Of a stretch of 64,000 nt of DNA, positions 61,179 to 64,000 are shown in pieces. The position numbers were made by a program, and so were the translations under genes. The stretch lies in the NCBI GenBank assembly GCA_964270895.1, contig OZ185435.1; one strand, 5' to 3'. This DNA comes from Podarcis filfolensis (lineage: Eukaryota). The stretch's first letter is position 1, and every line of letters starts with the position of its first letter. Below the pieces are notes generated by a model. That model saw only the letters and a program-made list of their open reading frames with translations. It did not search any database and was not told the DNA's origin.

Positions 61179-61352
61179 TTTTTAATCCTAGGAAAAGAAA
61201 GAAAACAAGAATGTTCACAACCATACAAAGTCAGGGAAGAACACTTCTCTAAACCAGAAACAAGAGAAACTTGAGGAAGTAGCTGCCCTCAGAAGAGGAA
61301 AAAAGAATACATACAGATATGATAAAGTGAGCTGTATACAACTTCTCAGCCA

Positions 61353-61618
61353 CAGTGGTTCTCAAAGCAGTTTGCGGTAATAAAAAGAGATTTTTAGGCA
61401 CATGGTAGTTATCCAGATCCAGAACCAGAATGCCAGTCAATGGGATCGTGTGACCCCTGGCTCTGGTTCCCCAACAGGCAGCAAACAAGAGGGGGGCTGT
61501 GGGGAGTCCTCTCCCCAATCTATCAAGTGCTCTTGCTGCTTTGAAAAAATTGTCTCAGTAGTTTTCAGCCCTTACAACTTCTGAGACAATAGCTGTGGGT
61601 GGCCCTAAGAGAACATTG
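61353..61618. mobile_element. Degenerate hAT-like element
   Basis: Starts cagtggttctcaaa; decayed end agagaacattg; no TSD recognisable. Confidence 0.4.
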
Positions 61619-64000
61619 ATCCATAAATTCCTCCCCGCCCTAGCATAAGCACGTGAGTGGCAGTAAAGGGAGATAGTAGGGGAGACTTGTTAAGATGCAT
61701 GCAGTTCTCACATGCAATCCATTTCAGGAACTTTTCCCCTTGAACTCAAACACATTCTGGAAACAACACATTGGGAGTTAGCCCAAAGACAGCAAAGAGA
61801 AAACCCCAAACAATGCCATTGTATCAAAAGGGAATTATCGGATTTAGTAAAACAAAAAATCAAATTGGCGCCAGCTTTCATGAGAAACGCACTAACAACA
61901 GGCACATTTCAAAACATTTTTAACTAATGGAAGGATTAAAGTATACAAGCTCTAACTAGTATACATAGCAAAGATAGGAAGCCACAGAGAGAAAGAGAGA
62001 AGAAAGGGCACTAGTGAAGACTAAGAGAAGGGAGATACCAGAAGAAAAATGAATGCTACCTAGAACTACTCGCTGTAGAAAGAAAAGAGGGTGTTGCCAG
62101 GGGTAGAAGGAAGTTCTGATAGTGATTTTGTAAGGTTCACAGGAAGATTTTAGGATCAGAATCAATTGAAAACAAGCGAGAGACTTGCAACACTAGATGA
62201 GACTAAGGATTTTTGCAGCAGAGCAGTAGCGGATAGCTGCGGGTGGCGAGGGAAGAGGAATATGAAATTTTGGGGAAACCCAGCCAGATGAACAGGGTGT
62301 AAATAATAAATTTATTTTTATATATTATTTATTTTTATATCCCTGGTGAGGCTTTAACTCTCAGATCTTATTCATTCATTTTGGTCTGCAAAGACTGAAC
62401 CTAATCTCATGCTTGCAAACTGCCTACCCAATTGGAGTTTGGGGAGAATTTGAGAGAATTCTGATACAGAGGGTATTGGAAGTGATGCAAAAGTTATTTG
62501 TGAACATAGCATACATCTATAATCACTTAGCCAACTTGTGGCACATCCATCATTTCAGTCTCAACAGAATGAAGTAGACATCATACATATGTTTAACCAC
62601 ATGCTGGATGATGTTATGCTGTGTCCAGATAGGGCTCTCGTTTCAATAATATATATTAGCATTGCTCCCCACATATGTTCCAATGCTAACAAAGGTCTTT
62701 AAAGGGCTTTTGGTAAAATGCCAGAATCTATCACTATCAATTTTGCCAATATATGAGCCACAGTATATTTTTAAAAAGGTGGTTCAGTGTGTTTTTAAGT
62801 GATTTTGTGAATGGACACTTTTTAGCTTATTTGTGTTGCTTTAATAAGTGTTTTGTTATATCTTGTATCTCTGTATTTTTATCCTGTTCCTGCTAATTGC
62901 TACCTTGGGGTGAAAAGTGATGAACAAGTTTAATAAGCTAAACTACAAAAAAATTGTTAAAAGCACCACCAGACAACTCCAAAACTAGCCGTGGTTGCAT
63001 CCATCTTCTCCCCATCCCAAAACTAAACTCTGCAAAGGGAAAAGCTACTATTATTATCTACATGATGTGGCTTTCCTTCATTTACCCCATCTTCATGAGC
63101 CAGGTGATTTCCCCCCCCCCCAAATAATTGAAACTTTGGGAGACAGTGAAAGAAGAAAAGGACACGGGGACAAATTTCTCTGTTAACAGTGAGGACCAGC
63201 TTCCTTCTCTGGTCACTTACCCCCCATCCAGTGTGGCCTTTCCAAGCTTCAAAGTCCAGAAAACCACACAGCTATAAACTTATATTAAAATTACCTGGAC
63301 TCCTTTGGGGAGAAGGGAACGGCAGGATATAAATTTAATTAATTGAATAATTATTTAAGATGGAAGCGTACGAGAAGGATAGCTCAGCGGCTAAGAAGAA
63401 TCCTGGATTGCTAAACAGCTTTGCAGTGCGCTTGCAGCAGAGACAAAGGGGAATGTAAACAAGTCAATGTGTCAGTAGTAGTAATACGCAGAGTCAGCTT
63501 GGTCTATCTAGGGGAGGTGGCCTACAAGGTATCTGGCTCCCGGGTTGTTTAGAGCATTAAATGTCAAAAACATTTGCCTTGAACTTGGCATAGTAGCTAA
63601 CAGGCAGGCAGCGCAGAGCTTTCAACATGGGTATGGTATGTGTAAAGCTAAGTGTCCTGCTGAGCACTCGAGCAATTGCATTCAGAACCAGGAACGAGGG
63701 AAGTCCCACGTATTATCCATTGCAGTAATCAAATGAGATTTATCATCGCCTGGGTCCAGTCCCCACACTACACAACAGCTCCTTCAGAGGGGAAACAACC
63801 CTACCCAGAGCTGGCATACAACCCAATTTCCAGGCATGGAAACCACCACTCATCTCGTCAGGATTCAACCGTTAAAGGAGATTTGGGGCAAGGTGCCCCC
63901 TGTAACTGGTATGCTGATGATAACGCAGCTATCTGAATTTCCCCCGCAACATCTGAATAGGAGAGGCCAGGGATTTCACCCATGCAAATCACATGCTCTT

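Larger units (their letters stand above)
2010..61187 (-). other. GPD2: GPD2 gene body (partial: first 12 coding exons; continues beyond both window edges)
   Basis: Twelve exons splice in frame into a protein colinear with vertebrate GPD2 (about 589 codons if the gapped exon is 125 nt); all visible introns are GT-AG. Confidence 0.98.

Noticed and set aside
1-64000. Most ORFs in the six-frame track
   Set aside because: They are short, lack recognisable domains and mostly overlap TEs or microsatellites; only those containing GPD2 exons or L1/L2 remnants are supported.

Overview
Vertebrate nuclear genomic DNA, most likely from a squamate and probably a lacertid lizard (inferred from Sauria/Squam1-, Squam2- and Squam3-type SINEs). 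The whole window lies inside GPD2 (mitochondrial FAD-dependent glycerol-3-phosphate dehydrogenase) on the minus strand. I located the first 12 coding exons (human exons 2-13), from the ATG at 61178 to a donor at 2010. All visible junctions are GT-AG with consistent phases, and exon lengths match human GPD2 as I recall them. Most of the third coding exon lies in an N-gap. The non-coding first exon(s) and the EF-hand-coding 3' exons lie outside the window. Introns hold L1, L2 and CR1 fragments, tRNA-derived SINEs, Tigger-like and Buster/Charlie-like MITEs (several nested), microsatellites and several repeat-free, motif-rich candidate enhancers. I found no clearly new biological system. The best leads are a sense-oriented LINE 5' end with a CpG-island promoter and splice donors just upstream of the EF-hand exons, a CTCF motif superimposed on a splice acceptor, homeodomain/TALE motif clusters in the 21.5 kb intron, and a pre-miRNA-sized hairpin. 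TE family names come from pattern recognition, not a database search.
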